Below are positions 21,801 to 35,699 of a stretch of DNA of 64,000 bases, one piece after another. Source of the DNA: Raillietiella orientalis. Its lineage: Eukaryota. The position numbers and the translations under genes were made by a program. The stretch lies in contig JAYWIR010000006.1 in assembly GCA_036172245.1 (NCBI GenBank), positions 558,001 through 622,000 on the forward strand. The letters are read 5' to 3'. How positions within the stretch are numbered: position 1 is the first letter of the stretch; the number at the start of each line of letters is the position of its first letter. The notes below the pieces were generated by a model, which was not told the origin of the DNA, searched no databases, and worked only from the letters and a program-made list of their open reading frames with translations.

Positions 21801-24800
21801 ATATCATTCGGAGAAAAAGCTAATGGATACCCTCTGCAAACTGCGAGAGGGAAATGCACGAAAAGAATCGGAGCGTTTTACCACACAGAATCAACTCGCT
21901 TCGTACAAATTATTATATTTACGGCTTCGTTTTTTGGACTTAAGAGCGGGAACAGTTTCACATTAGCTCTTCAGTGCTTGAAACACAAACCAGCAACATG
22001 GTAATGACTTCATGCTTCCTGCACGTGTGTGCAGTAGAACGAAGAAATCAGTCTCAGAGACTCGATTTTTTTTTTTTTTTTTTTTCCCCCCCCTCAACCA
22101 AACCGAACCTGAAAGAGCGAAAGGAATAGGAAAGAAAAGTTCCCAGTTCCTCCTCATCGTCGGTAAAGCGCAAAAACCCGTAGAAGACTTCGAGCACCAA
22201 TTTCTGGTTTGGTCGCTTACGGAAGAAGAGACAGACGTGTGACAAAGGGCGCGTCAAGACCACGGTGTGGGTGACACTCGGAACAAGAGTGTGGCGATCT
22301 GTTCACTGCACTGTTAGAGCTGTCGAGAGCACAGCAGACGATCTGATCAAAGACCAAACGAACCCGAAGAATCAAACTTTCAAAATTGGGGTCCACTCGG
22401 CAAAAAGGGGAAATGAAACCGGAGATGAAAGAGTCTTCTTTTCAGCCATTGTTCTGCAACACTTCTACATCATTCTGCTTCGCATCACTTTGTGAGACAC
22501 CGGATACCAGTAAAACCAACAGCAACAAAAAGAGCGCTCGTGATTTGGTGGAGGATCATGAAATGGCAGAAAGAGACGACATGCAAACAGTCATCCTACA
22601 AGGAGATGAAAGAGAGCACACGTTTAGCGAGAAAGTCCTCGGAATGAATCCAGAGAGCAATGAGACCGCCAGCAGAGCGACAGAGAGAAATCAGAAAAGT
22701 TGCGCCTCCGTCTACGGGGATGGATTCTTCAGCGAAACAGAATGAGAGCGGTGAACATGGACAGATTTCCAGGGAACGCCCAGATACCGCAGCAGCCTCC
22801 CTGGAATTCTGCTCCGATCGCTGGGGGGGTCTTGTCCACGTGAACAAGAGGAGCACTCCAACAGACAGGAGGCATTCACTGGGGCGGGGTGGAGTTTTCA
22901 CCTGAGCACATGCGTTCGGAAAAGGATTCGCAAGAGTCGCTGCATCCGGGTGGAACTTGCGCCCACGTGGACGCATCCTCACCCCATCAAGCTGGACAAT
23001 TTTCCTAAACGAAGCGCGCAGGCATCGTGTTCCAGATTCCAAAAAGTATTGATGGAATTGCAAACACCATTCCAGTGCCACGGGACCATCGTGACTACGA
23101 ATTCCGGGATCGATATCAGCCGAAAGATGCCGCAAACGGCACACGAGTAGTGAGACGGTTAATAAAACATGAGGGGAAAAAAAAAAGTCGATAAAAAATT
23201 CGTTAAATTTTGCACGGGCGATCGATTCGGCCTATTAAAAATACAGCGTGAGAGGCCGAAATTTTGGAGCGATTAGCGGAGTGGCGCGCACCCGGAAGGC
23301 CTTTTGTGCCGTAATTGCTCTCCTTCGTGTCCGAGTTGAAAAGTGAGGATGAGTCATGAGGATTCTGGTATCACCTCGCTCGGTATCACCACTTCCAGCA
23401 TCTGAATCCCCTGCCCTTTCCTAACCGGGTGTGCTGATAACATTAGGAGGGAGACGAGTGCGAACGGGTTCACCCTGTTCGTGTGACCCAGGCTCCCTAT
23501 GAAACTACTTCCGAACTGGTCACTGCGCTTCGGCTGCTCTTCCACGAGTTCATCTGCAGACAGCGTAAGAAATTAACAGCCGGAACTTGATTACATCCAC
23601 CCTAGCGTCGAAGAACGAAAAGGAAGGGATGCGAAGGATTTTTCTCTTTCCTTTCATATCATTAATTCATGAATTCTAAGTATCACGTGCAATTTCGGTC
23701 TTGTAATCTTCCAGCCAGCGTTATGTATTGCAGCTTCTACCCTGTTTGGGCAATGGCCGGAAGCATTCGAAAAACCGTCGTACGAGACTGACGTGACAGA
23801 ATGGATAAAGTAATTGCATTTAAGTTGTACTCATTTAATGTATTTTCACTTGTCCCTAGCTGTTCAGGAAAGCAGCAAGAGTCTGGAGCGAGTATTGATT
23901 ACTGAAAGCAGCCGTGTTGGATCCACGTTGTCGTGGTAATGCAAGTCGTCGTGGCTGCTGCTTAAAGCAAAACTACAGCGATCGCTTCTGGTAAGGAAGT
24001 AAAGGGTGCATGGCAGAGGGAAAGCTCTTTTAATGACGAATGAAATTCAGAAGAGCAGAGAAAAGCGGTTACTGTCCGCCTTCATGGATGCTGCGAAGCA
24101 AAGGGAGGAGTTTTTTTTTTTTTTTTTTTTCTTCAAGGGAAATCGTAATTATGCATAGTGTTATTTAATGATGCCTGAAGGAGATCGAATTCGAACAGTA
24201 TGACATACCCCTTTACATTCGCACAGATTCGACAGGCACTTAGGCTGCTGGATTTTGTCAGCAGCTTTTTTTGTTCCAGAAGGGTTTTTCCGAACCAAAA
24301 GTCAGAGACAGCAACGGTGAATGCGCTGCTTTGATTTCCGCTTCGTCCTCTACGTGATGTGATTCCGCGTCTCTGCCTCGGGGTAATGAGCCGCACTTTG
24401 TTGCTCAGCGACCTTTCGGGGCATCTGCGAAGAGCACACCTTCGCAAAGCTCCAAGACAGGGAGGCAGGTGATGACCTTCAATCGCATCAAGGCCCACTT
24501 GCATTGCCGATCTTTCCAGCGGCACTTTGTAAAAGTTTAGAGCAGGGATCGGATTTTTCGCTTTGTTTTTGGAACCTGCTCGAGGCTGCGAGTCACTGAC
24601 GCGTCATCGTGTTCAGCGACCACGTTTTCTAAAGCGGCGCGGATTCACTTCCGGCATTGACGGAGCCAGGAAGGGTGCTGCTCCCAGAAGTGCTTCGAAT
24701 TCTGACACGAGGACCAGGTGCTTTATCAGCATCCGTGGAGCCATTTTCACTGGGGTACCTTCCACCGTGTGAATTCTCGAGATGTTTTCCTCGCCATTAG

Positions 24801-25696
24801 AGAGAGAAAAGAGGGAGAGATGAAAATGCACGATTGAAAAAACGCAAGCAAGCAAACAGCGTGCGGCGATGTGAGAATCCAGCCAGTCTGATTAAATGAT
24901 CTCAGAAATCAATACTGAATGTTTCCAGACGGGAAAAAAGCCTGAGATAAGGAGATGCAAACCGTGGCTGTGTTTGCCGGGGAGAGGGGAGAGGGGGGGG
25001 GGAATAAATAAATCAATGAAAAAATAAATAAATAAAACGAAGCGCCGTTTGTGCATCAAACGGATTACATACTTTTCTCTTCCGAGCTCCCTTCGGATGT
25101 CGTGTGGGATCTTTCCGTGTGTACCGTTTTTGAAGAAGCCAAACGGTGATTTTCGCTGCAGCTTTTCGAGAAGCTTTCTTTGCCCCTTTGCACAGGGGAT
25201 GAAGGAGGAGATTTAGCCGTTGCTTCCAATTTATTTTTAGATATTTGGTTAGCTGCAAATGGTGCTTGAGGACAGCTAGTTCCATTTTCCTGAAAGCATT
25301 TTTTCGGTTAGTGATTGATACGCGAGCTATATGGAGTTTCTGCATCTTGACTTTGCCTGGCAATGTCAAGAACCTGATATTCCTGATAAGCAGCGGCTGT
25401 GGCCACCACCGATGTGCTTACTCTCAAAAGGATTTGTACACAGAGCATGTAGCTCTACTCGTGAGATGAGACCTCCACGTGGTTTTCCAATTTTCCATTT
25501 TTCCCTGCGGCCCTTGTTCCCAGTTTGCCCCCCCCCCCTCATATTTTCCAGAAAAAAACTCCAACCTGTCTTTTGTTTGTAGACAAATGCAATGAATGTG
25601 GTGGAAACGTACTGTGTACACTAACATACGTGCTTTACGTACTTAAGTGGTTGATAAAACCGAAAGGGAGCGTTTCAGTGAGTCTGGCAGGCATTT

Positions 25697-25733
25697 TGTG
25701 TATGTGTATGTGTGTGTGTGTGTGTGTGTGTGT
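25697..25733. repeat. (TG)n microsatellite
   Basis: Directly visible TG dinucleotide run with TA interruptions. Confidence 0.9.
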
Positions 25734-28700
25734 TTGCGCATCAGTTATCTCCAATCGGTTCATTCGAATGTATATTCCTCCAAAAATGCATTCAATCCTC
25801 CGTATACACATTATTTTCGAAACAATGGAGTTTAGTTTTTTATACATAATCGAGTGCTATTCAATCATCATGTAAACTTCAACGAATTTCGCTCTTTACA
25901 GATGTGCACATTGGCGCATGCGTGTTTATAAACATGCATGTATATACACGTGCGTGTACGTATACAACTTTTGAAATCAGATGCTCCTGATGGGATTGGG
26001 ATTCGTGTAATTCCCCAAAGTATTCACATGCAGATATACTACTGCAGCTATTACAGAAAGGTCCACTGAGAAATGCTTCCGCAGATGTGGACTGTAAAGA
26101 CAGATTTCTACTCCGCCATCATCTTTCGGGAATTCGGGAATATCTGGACAGATCAATAAGCTGTTCCTGCTTAGATCAGGACGACGGATTTTTTCTTCCC
26201 ATCGAAACGCTCCTTACAGCCGCGAAACTGGAAAGCAAGATGCGACGCTCTTGGCATTGCTACGGCAGTCGGTCCTGATCGTTAGAGCGCGTGCGTAAGA
26301 TTCTCTTAGCCCATCATCAGCCCACTCGAATCCGATCGGAAGAAGTCGAGAGAGTCCGAAGTGCCCAAGGCAACCTACGGAAAGGAAAACTTCATCCGCA
26401 GGGAAGCTTTGAAGGTTCATTCCCAGCCGCATTCTGCGCAGAGAAACTTCGCTGGAAGCTCTGACCAACAGACTTCTCTTAAGAGTTCGATCTCGCGAGA
26501 GTCCCTTTTCCATCAGACAGCATTTCCTTGGTCAGCCAGAAGACTCAGATCAAGAAGTTTGGCAGCCCTCTTCGTCCGTAAGGGGATTGTGAGTGTGCCC
26601 ATCAAACCCTGAAGAAAGACATTTCGAAGCCATCCACGCTCGGATGGGAAATGTCGAAAGCAAAAAAAAAAAAAGGATAAACAAAAAGGTTCGAATCTCT
26701 CGTGCCTAAAGGGTGGCTGGTCATGCGCGTTGCAACTTTGAAGCTTACGACTTTCTGCCGGAACGTAATCATTGATAAGAAGGAGCAATGTTTCCCAGAA
26801 AGAGGAGGCAAGAGGCATTCTGTGCAGGAGTCCATTCTCAACGATGTGTACGGATCGGTGTACACACTCGTGGGATGGTTCGCAAATTCGTACGTGCAGT
26901 GCGCTGACCAAATTTCCCTCACCAACATCGTGAAATACGGATGATAAGTAAAGGACACAGCGGAAGGATGGCTGCTCGGAAGGGGAAGAGAGGGGGGCAG
27001 GGAATTCGAATTTGGCGACGTCGAGGTTTCGATTAAGATGGTGCTGCACCAACTTTCTCAGATTTGGTGTCTTCACTATGCGCGCATAGCGATAGGGGCG
27101 ATGCGTCTTGCGAGCTGTTACCTGAAACCGAAGAGGTTGCAACGTGGTGCTTCTTCTGGATTTCTTTCTTCCTTTCATTCCCCACCCCCACCCGCAAGTT
27201 CCTTTCGTTCCCGCGCAAGAAAAAAAAATTAGCAGGGGACGAGTTCCCCAGTTGTTCTCTTCCGGAACGTTTCTAAGGCGAAATGCAGCAGCGCACAGGA
27301 CGGAGGCGCAGACTGCTCCTCTCGAGAGCCCGCGGAACCGCGCGAAGGCCTTTGGTCGCGGAGCTCCCACCTTTTCGTGCGGCCCCTACCGAGCTGCCCA
27401 ATCCTTCTGGAGGTTTCTCACTTTCCCCCTTTCTCCTCGGCTTCTTGCGGGCCCGTAACCTTCTGAGTTGTTTCCTCGCTGCCTGCTAGTCGCGAGCCCC
27501 GGATCTGCATCGCTCCCGGGATGAAATCCGTGATCGTCGGGGGGAAAGCTTTCAGGAGCTCCAAGCTCCCTAGAGTTCTCACTGGCTCCCTACTCAGCAG
27601 TGAGGGTGAACCGTTCTTCCTGTTCTCAAAAGCTGCCGAAGCAGCATTCCTTGAATGCTGGTAGTGATAGCAACGAATCTGGTTTGCCGAAAGCACCGAG
27701 GAGTGATGCTGTATCGAGGACCTTGTCGAGGAAGGTTCCTCGGCCAGATCGGACAAAAGGACAGGAGGGAAGGGAGGGAGGGGACGAACACGCCGAGGGT
27801 ACGTCGTGCTCTTGAGTTCTGCCGTGGGGTAGACCATGTCTGATGCGTCTGGAGCCGGTAAAGATTCGGGGACATTACCAAGGGGAAGCTACTGTGCCTT
27901 CTGTGCGGGACCCATTCAGACCATAGGCCACTTATTGCGCACACCCACGAGCTCTCGCCGTTTTTGCTGCTGATCGCTCCAAACTAATGCCGGAAGCAAT
28001 TCGCTCTCGGACGAGTCTCCACCAGAAGACCGACCTTCTGAACGTGGTCAGCAGGTCTCAATACCCCTCCCGTAGGTCCCTAGCAGAGAGGGAAGCGCTT
28101 CCTCGTACATCAGATGAGCTACCTCTGCTTCCAAAGCGTTCGATTCCCATTTGGAAGCAGAAAGATTAGTAGCTCGGTCCAGATTAGCCGGAGGCTGAGA
28201 GCGTAAGGAGGAGGGAGTGCAACGTTCGATGTGGCGTGGAAAAAAAGATTACAGAAATCTCTTGGTAGCAGCGGTCAAGAAAACTGGATCGGCGTTTCCG
28301 TAATGCGTAGCAAACCGCAGGAAGATGTTTGGGAACCGGATGAAGTCATCTCATTGAACCGGATGACGTCATCATCGGGGGGCAGCAAACACCGCCTCGA
28401 GCGATCGAATCCTGCCCGCTTCGGCAAAGCATGGTGTTCGCGAAGTAGGGATCTCCCCCCAAGAGTTTTTTTTCGATCCTGGAGAATAATCCCTGTTCCC
28501 TGGACTCCTTTTTCCCCAGCCCGAAAGTATGCAACTGACCTTTATCTGCGTGACTTCGTCCAGTCCACTGTCATAGTAATCCGCATCTGCAAAGAAAGCA
28601 AGCTGAGTAAAGCACCCGTCAAGGTCGTGTGGTCAAGAGTTGCAGTGCAGCGGCCAAACACCCGTGGCACGAGGCGTCCCTCTCCGTTTTTTTTTTTTTT

Positions 28701-29451
28701 TTTTTTTGCGGGAAATTCGCTGCACATTTTCGGGAACAGGTTTCGGCGGGGTCAAGGGTCGCATCTCTCCTTCTATCCTAAAGCTTTTTCAGCTTCGAGC
28801 AGGCACATCGAGATAAAAGGTCTCTACTAATCCCTCTTAGCAACCCTGGGACTCCGCCGTCTGGAGGGCTTCCCACGTGATTACCAGGTAGGAAAAAACA
28901 AGTGGGAGGACTGCTTTCTGAGAAGGCGACGTCTTATCTCGGTGCTCATCGGCGCGGGCGACAGCCACCTCTAGCTTCCGGACCCGGGAGACCAGGGGGG
29001 AATCCCGCTACCGACGTGGCCGAAAAAGCAGCACGACTTCGCTTCCGGCGATGTTCGCAGCTCGACGTTCCCAGCCGGCCCAATGGAGCGGCGTTGCTCT
29101 CGGAAAGGAAAGACCGACCAGAGGAGGCTGCGGCGCTCGCGCAGGCACGGAGGGGGGGGGCAGGTGCTCGGAAACGCTGCCCGCGAAATCGGCTTTCCGG
29201 GGTGAGGATGGGGGTAAGGTCAAGGTGGTTGCTTCAGGGCTCCTCGGCTATGCCGCGACTTTGGCCGCCGCCGGCCCAACTCGCAGCACAGCTGGAGGGC
29301 TCCTCCCGGAGACGCATTCATCCGCCGTGCTGGGGACCGACCCGGGAAGGGGGATGCACGGAAGGCACGCGCAATTCCTCTTTCTCTTTCAGGCCTTCAG
29401 GGTGTCAAGCGAGAGGTTCCCGGTGCAAGAACCGAAAGACCAAAGATTGAC

Positions 29452-30424
29452 CTTTTTTGGTTAGAAGAGGCACGAGTTTGACAGTGGAAAGAGGTTCAGT
29501 GGGTGGTGACCCCGGAGCGGCTTCCGGCACTCGCGCGACCTCTTCAGCTTCAGGTTCGGGTCGGCGTCTTCCCGGTTCAGGCAAGACGAGCTCTTCGCCG
29601 CTCGAGACTATCTGCTCCATGATCTCCTTGGCTACGAGATCGAGACCTCTGCCTTGGGAGCAGCAGCTGCTTGAACCGGAAGTCGCAGAGGGAGAAGCAG
29701 CCGCTCCGCGTTCTTGGTCTTCTTCTTGGTCGGATTCCGCTGGCGTAGACCTCTCGTCGCTGGAGAGGGCGGAGTGGCGTTTCTCGGACGCCGGGCTGTC
29801 TTCCCCTTCGGGACCGCTTCGGGACGACTGTTCCTCCAGACCGATTACCGACTGGCTCCCGGAGACTTCCGGAAGGCCTCCAGGACTCGCTCGCCAGAAT
29901 TCCTCCGCGGACGCTGTCGTCCTCTCTTCGCCCGTGAAAGAGCACACGTCTTCGACGGTGGAGATGTAGCCGAGCAGGGCCAGCTGGTTTGAGTCCAGGT
30001 CCTTCCCTTCCGGTTTCCCGGTGGCCGTCGGGGGCGGCGTCTTTTCCTCCGCGCGGTCGTCTTCAGCAGGTCCGCCGCGATCGAGCTGACTTTTGCCGTC
30101 CTCTCTGCTCGAAGGTCGGGAGCTCCCGGGAGAGGAGGAAGAGGATGCCTCCCTGGCGGCACCGGGGGAGTCCCTCTGAGGGCTGGAGATGCTCTCTAGG
30201 CTCAGCAGCTCCCCTCCGAACTCGAAGACCACTGGGGTGCTGCCGACTGTCTCCTCCTCGATGTCATCGGCCACGAATATCTTCCTCATCGTCTTCTTCT
30301 CTTCAGTCCCGCGGGGCTGACCTTCGAGGGCGCCGCCACTGCCCTCGAGGTCTCCCGTGCCTCCATTCCTCGTTGCCGCCGCAGCGTCTGCGGGACTTTC
30401 CGGACGTGCGATGGCGGGATCCAT
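29452..30424 (-). CDS. Large acidic Ser/Pro/Glu-rich exon, probable tau N-terminal projection domain
   Basis: Open frame of about 324 codons (MDPAIARPESP...KIFVADDIEEE...LDLVAKEIMEQIVSSGEELV...PLLTKK) with disordered acidic composition, unlike the Arg/Gly/Pro-rich spurious ORFs around it. It ends AAA AAA G|gtcaat (phase 1), matching the phase-1 tau acceptors. The link to tau is inferred. Confidence 0.6.
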
Positions 30425-33400
30425 GGGAGAGGAGGCCGCAGCCTCTCCTCGGCTCCTGTCTCACTGTCACCGGGAGATGCAAGCGGAACCAAAGCGGTAG
30501 AGGGTGGACGGGGAAGGCGGTGGGAGAGGAGGGAGGGAGGAAGGGGTGCGGAGGGAACCGGGGAGCAGGCGAAGGAGGCAACGGGAGAGGCGGAAGGGAG
30601 CAGCCGTAAGGCGGAACGGAAGCAGCGGGAGGCTCCTGACACCACTGGGACTCCCTCCCTGCCGCGGCACACTCGGAGGACGGAAGAGGCTGCGCGGAAA
30701 GGGCGCGCGCGCCTTCCCGGAGCAATCAATTCGGACTCGGCTATCGATCCGGGAGCGTCCTTGGGGGCAGGGCGAGCCGCGGGTCCGTCCGCAGAGCGCT
30801 TGCGCCGGAGGGGGGCGTGGAGAGCAGCAGCCCCCGCTCTTCCCTTCCCCCTCCCCTCCCCTTCCATCCCTTGGAGGCGTGAAGGGGGGAGGGGGAGCGA
30901 ACCCGGTGACCCGAGGCGCCGCAGCAGAGAGGCGCGCCTGTCGGCTCCTCGGTCCCACGGGATCGCGGACGACGCTGAGGAGGTGGAGGAAGAGGAGGTG
31001 GGGGGGGGTAAAGTGGGGAGGCTTCAACGAGCGTCCCGCAGGGATTCCCGTTATCCCGCCGCTCCCGCTCCCATCGTGCCCCCGGGGAGCGAAGAGCACG
31101 CGCTTGCCCCACTGTCACAGTCGCGGACGACGCGGGACGAGATGCCCCTCTTATCGGAACTAGTCGTCCCTGCGTCCCCACGCGCCTCTCGAGGGAGGAT
31201 GAGGTCTGCCTCGCTCCTGCTGCGCCCCTGGAGGAATTCGGAAGAACGCACGCAAAAGGAGGAAAAAGGGGGGGAAGGCAGAGGGCGGCTGGGAAGGAAC
31301 GGGACGTGCCCCTCAGGGAGTCGGGTGTCTGCCGGACTGCGTGGACCGAAGGGGAGGGCAGGGGAGGGTAGAATGGGAGCCGGAAGTAGGCAACGGCGCG
31401 CGCGCGACCTGGGGGCCGCTTCCCGGCGAGAGCAGGTCGCCCGGGTTGCGGAAGGGAGTGGCGGTGGGGGGTGCACCCCAGGCGTACCGAAAGGGCAGGC
31501 GATGACTTCCGCCCTGGGGACGCGAGGGCAGAGGGCCGTGGATGAGCATCTCCCGCCCACCCACCTTCCTCCCGCTGATCTCCCAGCTGCGTTCGTGCTG
31601 GGGATCCTCAGCCCCAAGTCGACCTCCATCCTCGCCGGCTTGGCGGCCGCCAACGAAAGGGGGGGCTAAAGGAGAAAGAATGGAGGGGTGGAGACAAGGA
31701 GGGGATGCACCCCACTGCAGCAGCAGCCACGTTTCGCCCGGCTGCCCCGTCCTTGTCGAATGTCCCGGATTGGGGTGAGTACCGCGGGGCGTCCGAATGC
31801 CGCGATCCGCTCCCTGGTTCCGCCCACTGCTCCCGGTCGAATGCCCCCACCTCCCGGCGCACTCTGCCACGCCCAGGGGTGCCCGATTCGCGTGCGCGTC
31901 CACCAAAACGGGCTGCGCGCACCGGTAGCAGCAAAGGGCGCTTTCGCAGACTCGGAAGCCGGGCGCAGGCTGGCGGCTCTCCGTGCGCATGCGCGGAACC
32001 CCGCCGACGGTTTGCGCCTCCCCGCTGCGGTGAAGACGAAGAAAAGACACACACACACGAAAAAAAATGCAACAGCGACTACAAGGCAAGGCGTCCTCAA
32101 CGCAGGCCTTGGTCGCATCAATTATGTGCTTATTAGTAACACTTTGTTACCAGTGATGGCGCATTTCCTTGGCGCCCACACTTGGGAGCCTTCAAATTGC
32201 CATTCTTACGCAATAATGGTCGGGAGATGGTGCTTCGATGCACAGAGATGTTTGCGGCCTTGCATCTTGTGGGCTCTTGCCGCCTTAATGTGCAGTTGCG
32301 GCTCTCATCCGCGTTCGGAGGACTGCGCAAGAGAGAGGCCAGGAGCCGCATTTCGCGGGAGCACTTGTTTCTGTTTCTGCTCCCTTTACTAGATGGCAGC
32401 AGCGCACCCGTTCACTGCCCGTTCACCGCGGCTCTTGCGAAGAATTCTCTCGAATGCTCGCGAGCTGTCATGCCGGTGAACCCAAATGGGAAACCGCCAA
32501 CCTGAATTCGTTCGCATGCATCCAAGTCAGTCCCTGCTTTTCCCCACCTCTCTTCAGGAGCCGAAAGCGAAGCTTGCTCGTTTCAGATTCAATTCCTCTC
32601 CCCCTCCACCTCCACCCCCCCTTCCTCTTCCCTTATCTTTTCGGTGATTGCATGAGAGACAAGCGAGTGACTTCGCTTTCGCATCCGTTTCAGCCTCCGG
32701 TACCGGAAAGAATGCAGCGAAGCAGCCCCAATGCGCTTCGGTGCACGCCCTCCCGCTCACGCAATCAACAGCATCTAGTGACTTCGGTCTCAACTATTCT
32801 CCAGCAAAATCCAAACGCCCGCGGAGTGAAAGTGTGAGCTGAGAGAGCAAGGAGGTCGATGCAGCAAGCCAAGGGACGGGATAGCCCGTTGAAGGCTATC
32901 TGCTGGATGCAGCGGCGCGCACCCTGAGGATGCGTAACCCGTTGCTCTCATCCCCTGGCGGCGGTTTTCGACGAAGCAAGACCGAACGAGCGGCCGCAGA
33001 CGACGGACGGCCGCAGACGCAACAGCAGCGTGCGTAGCGGAGATCGCGTAGGCGGCTTTCCTGCGAGGCTGGGAGGCGGACAACCTTCTCGGCTCCCTGC
33101 CGCTCGCCGACTCTTACCGACCCCAGGACTCGAACCGGACGGTCCGGGATGGAGCGAGGCCGAAGGCTAAGCGGAAAAGGAAAAGGGAGGGGGAAGGGAT
33201 GAGGCAGGGAAGGAGCTCGGAGGCTTCCAAGTGTGCCAGAGGGTGCCTGCGCACTCGAAAGCCTCGGACCCGTCCACCAACTACGCCCTCGAACGCGCCA
33301 AGCTGCTTTCTAGGGAGCGGGTTCGGTTCCCCAGAAGGAACTCGAGCCGTCTTTCGCCGGGAGCAGGCGGAAAGAGCGAGGGAGCTTGCCCTCGTTGTGA

Positions 33401-33925
33401 GAGGGAGAGGAAGGGGGAGAGGATCAACTGACCACAGCTGAGCTCTTCGAGCACGAGCCTCTGCCTGAACGAGGACGCGCAGCGCCGCCACCTGAATGAC
33501 TTCTCCGACTCTTTGGATTGGTCTTCAGCAGCGGTCGTCAGAACGGGAAGGATCGGAGGAACGTTCTGGAGTCCGCGACTGCAAGGTGGGGTCACTCCTT
33601 CCTTTCCGCGGTTCTCTCGCTTCCTCCTGGATGCTGCCTGCCTCTTTCGATCTATCCTTCCCCTTCCGACTGCCGATCCTTCACGCCATGACCGGCCTGG
33701 GGTCCGAATAACCGTTTCGCAGAGGAAGAAACGAATGAACTGGAACCGCGTTCGGTCACGTCCTGCAGATGCGGGTCACCAGGCAACGCTGACTCGCTGT
33801 CTCCCCGTCTCCTCTCGCGCGTTCTCGGACTCCCTCCCTACCACTCTCCGTAGGGTCCCTTTCCGCCTCCCGTTCGCCTTCGAGGGCTTTCGCTCGGGTG
33901 CACTCGCATGCCGCCCCGCTCCCAC

Positions 33926-34546
33926 CCTCGTTCACTGATCTGTCCTCGGCGAGCTGCTGCTGCAGCCTGCTAGCTCCAGACGAGCGCCCTCGTGCATCCC
34001 TCCCCCTCGGGTCCTCGTCGCGCTCTCGTCGAACCTCCGGCAGCGGGAGGTGCCCTGATCCAGGAATCGGGCGGAGGTCAGCGGAGCCCGACCGCGGCAG
34101 ACCAGATGGAAACGAGGGGCTGACGCGACGGGCCCAGGGGAAGAGACAACCCCTCGAATCCAGGGGAGCTGAGCACGCCAGTGGGCGAAGAGCAGCCGGG
34201 AGGCCGCTAGGAATGGGGTGCTTGGAAGGAGGAGGGACGAGGCTGCAGCGCGTGAGGGAATCGCAGCTGTTCCTCATCCTCTCCTCCCCTCTTCCCCCTT
34301 CATGGAAGGAGCCACTCGGGACAGCCTCCGGAGCGTAAAGGGCAGCAGGACGAGGCGGGTTCAGGAGAAATCTCGCGAGAGGTGCGCGTCTTGCAGCATC
34401 CGCGTCAGGGAGCGGAATGGGTGGGGCCGGAAGGAAACGCCGACAGCGAGTTGTGCAGCCGAAGTCTGAGAGAGAGGGAGAGAGCACCCCTGACCTGACC
34501 GGGCGAGTCGCCGCTCTCGGAGGGTGGTCGTCTCCTCCTCGCCCTC
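33926..34546 (-). CDS. Possible small internal exons of the same minus-strand gene
   Basis: 34546-34495 (ttttccag|...|gtcagg) and 34054-33926 (HLPLPEVRRERDEDP...RLQQQLAEDRSVNE, phase 1-1). Splice signals only moderate. Confidence 0.25.
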
Positions 34547-35699
34547 CTGGAAAAGACGAGGCAGGAGATTCGCGTCGGATCTCATTCGAGCGGCCGGAAG
34601 GACGGGGGGAGAAAAGGAGGGGGGGAGGACGAGGAGAAGCAGGGAGGGTGTTGCCACGACACCCGCTGCTGCTGCCGCCGCGCGGTGATCCTTCACCCGT
34701 GCTTCTTGAGCCGTGACCGTGACGGCGCGTCTTTCACGTTCGGTCCGGGAAGGCCTCTTCCCCAGCATCCGAGCCGAAAAAGTCTCGCGGGGTTTTCGTT
34801 CCCATCCCACATCGCATCCGAGAGAGAAGTCACGCACCTGAGCGCTTTCGGCATGCGGGGGCGGAGGCGGCGCCGCGCCCGGAGACACTGGGAGCCATTC
34901 TGAGATGCAGTTCGTACCCCCGCGTTATTCATCGCGACGCGCATCTTTCGGCAGCGGAATCTCCTTCACTCCCCCTCCTCCTCCTCCCCCTAGACGCGCT
35001 TAGCAACAGAAGACTGCTGATCGCCCGAGATAGTGAGGAAAGGCAACCGGTGGCGGGCACGACCAGAGGGCTCACAGGGCATTCGGATGCTGCAGGAGAA
35101 AAAGCTCAGCCTCCTATCCAGCCCTCAACCCCTTCCCTACTTCCCATCTCACGCGGAGAACGGGAGAACAGCGAGGGATGCAAAGAAGTCCTGAGCTTTC
35201 TCTCCGGCTTCCTCATGGACCATATGACTTTCGGAGGAGCGCCCCGAGGTTGCGAGGTCTCCACCACCGGAGGAAGAGTGGTTTCTTGGCAATCCCCGCA
35301 CCTTCGCCACCACTTCCTCCCCTTAGATGAAGGAAGGAGAGAGATCATGAGGAGGAGAAAGCGAGGGAGAATAGGAGGGGAGGAGAAAGGAGGAAGAGGA
35401 AGAAGGGAGGAGAAAGAAGGAGCAAGACGGGGAAGGAGGAGGAAGCACTCGCTCTGAGGCGAGCAGCTCCCTCAAGAGGGCCTAAGGCAGACGTGTGCCC
35501 TTCCGGCCCTCGAACAGTGGCGTACCAACGCTCAGTAGAAGGGTCCGCTTCCTCCTGCCCTCCCGAATGACTTGCGAGCTCCGGAGGACTCCCCGGCGCG
35601 TTTCATTCCATCCTCTTCCCGGAAGGCCGTCGCAGACCTGAGCTGCCGTCACGTTGCCTCGGCACCCGAGGAGCGATGGTTTCCCGTGGGCATCTCGAG

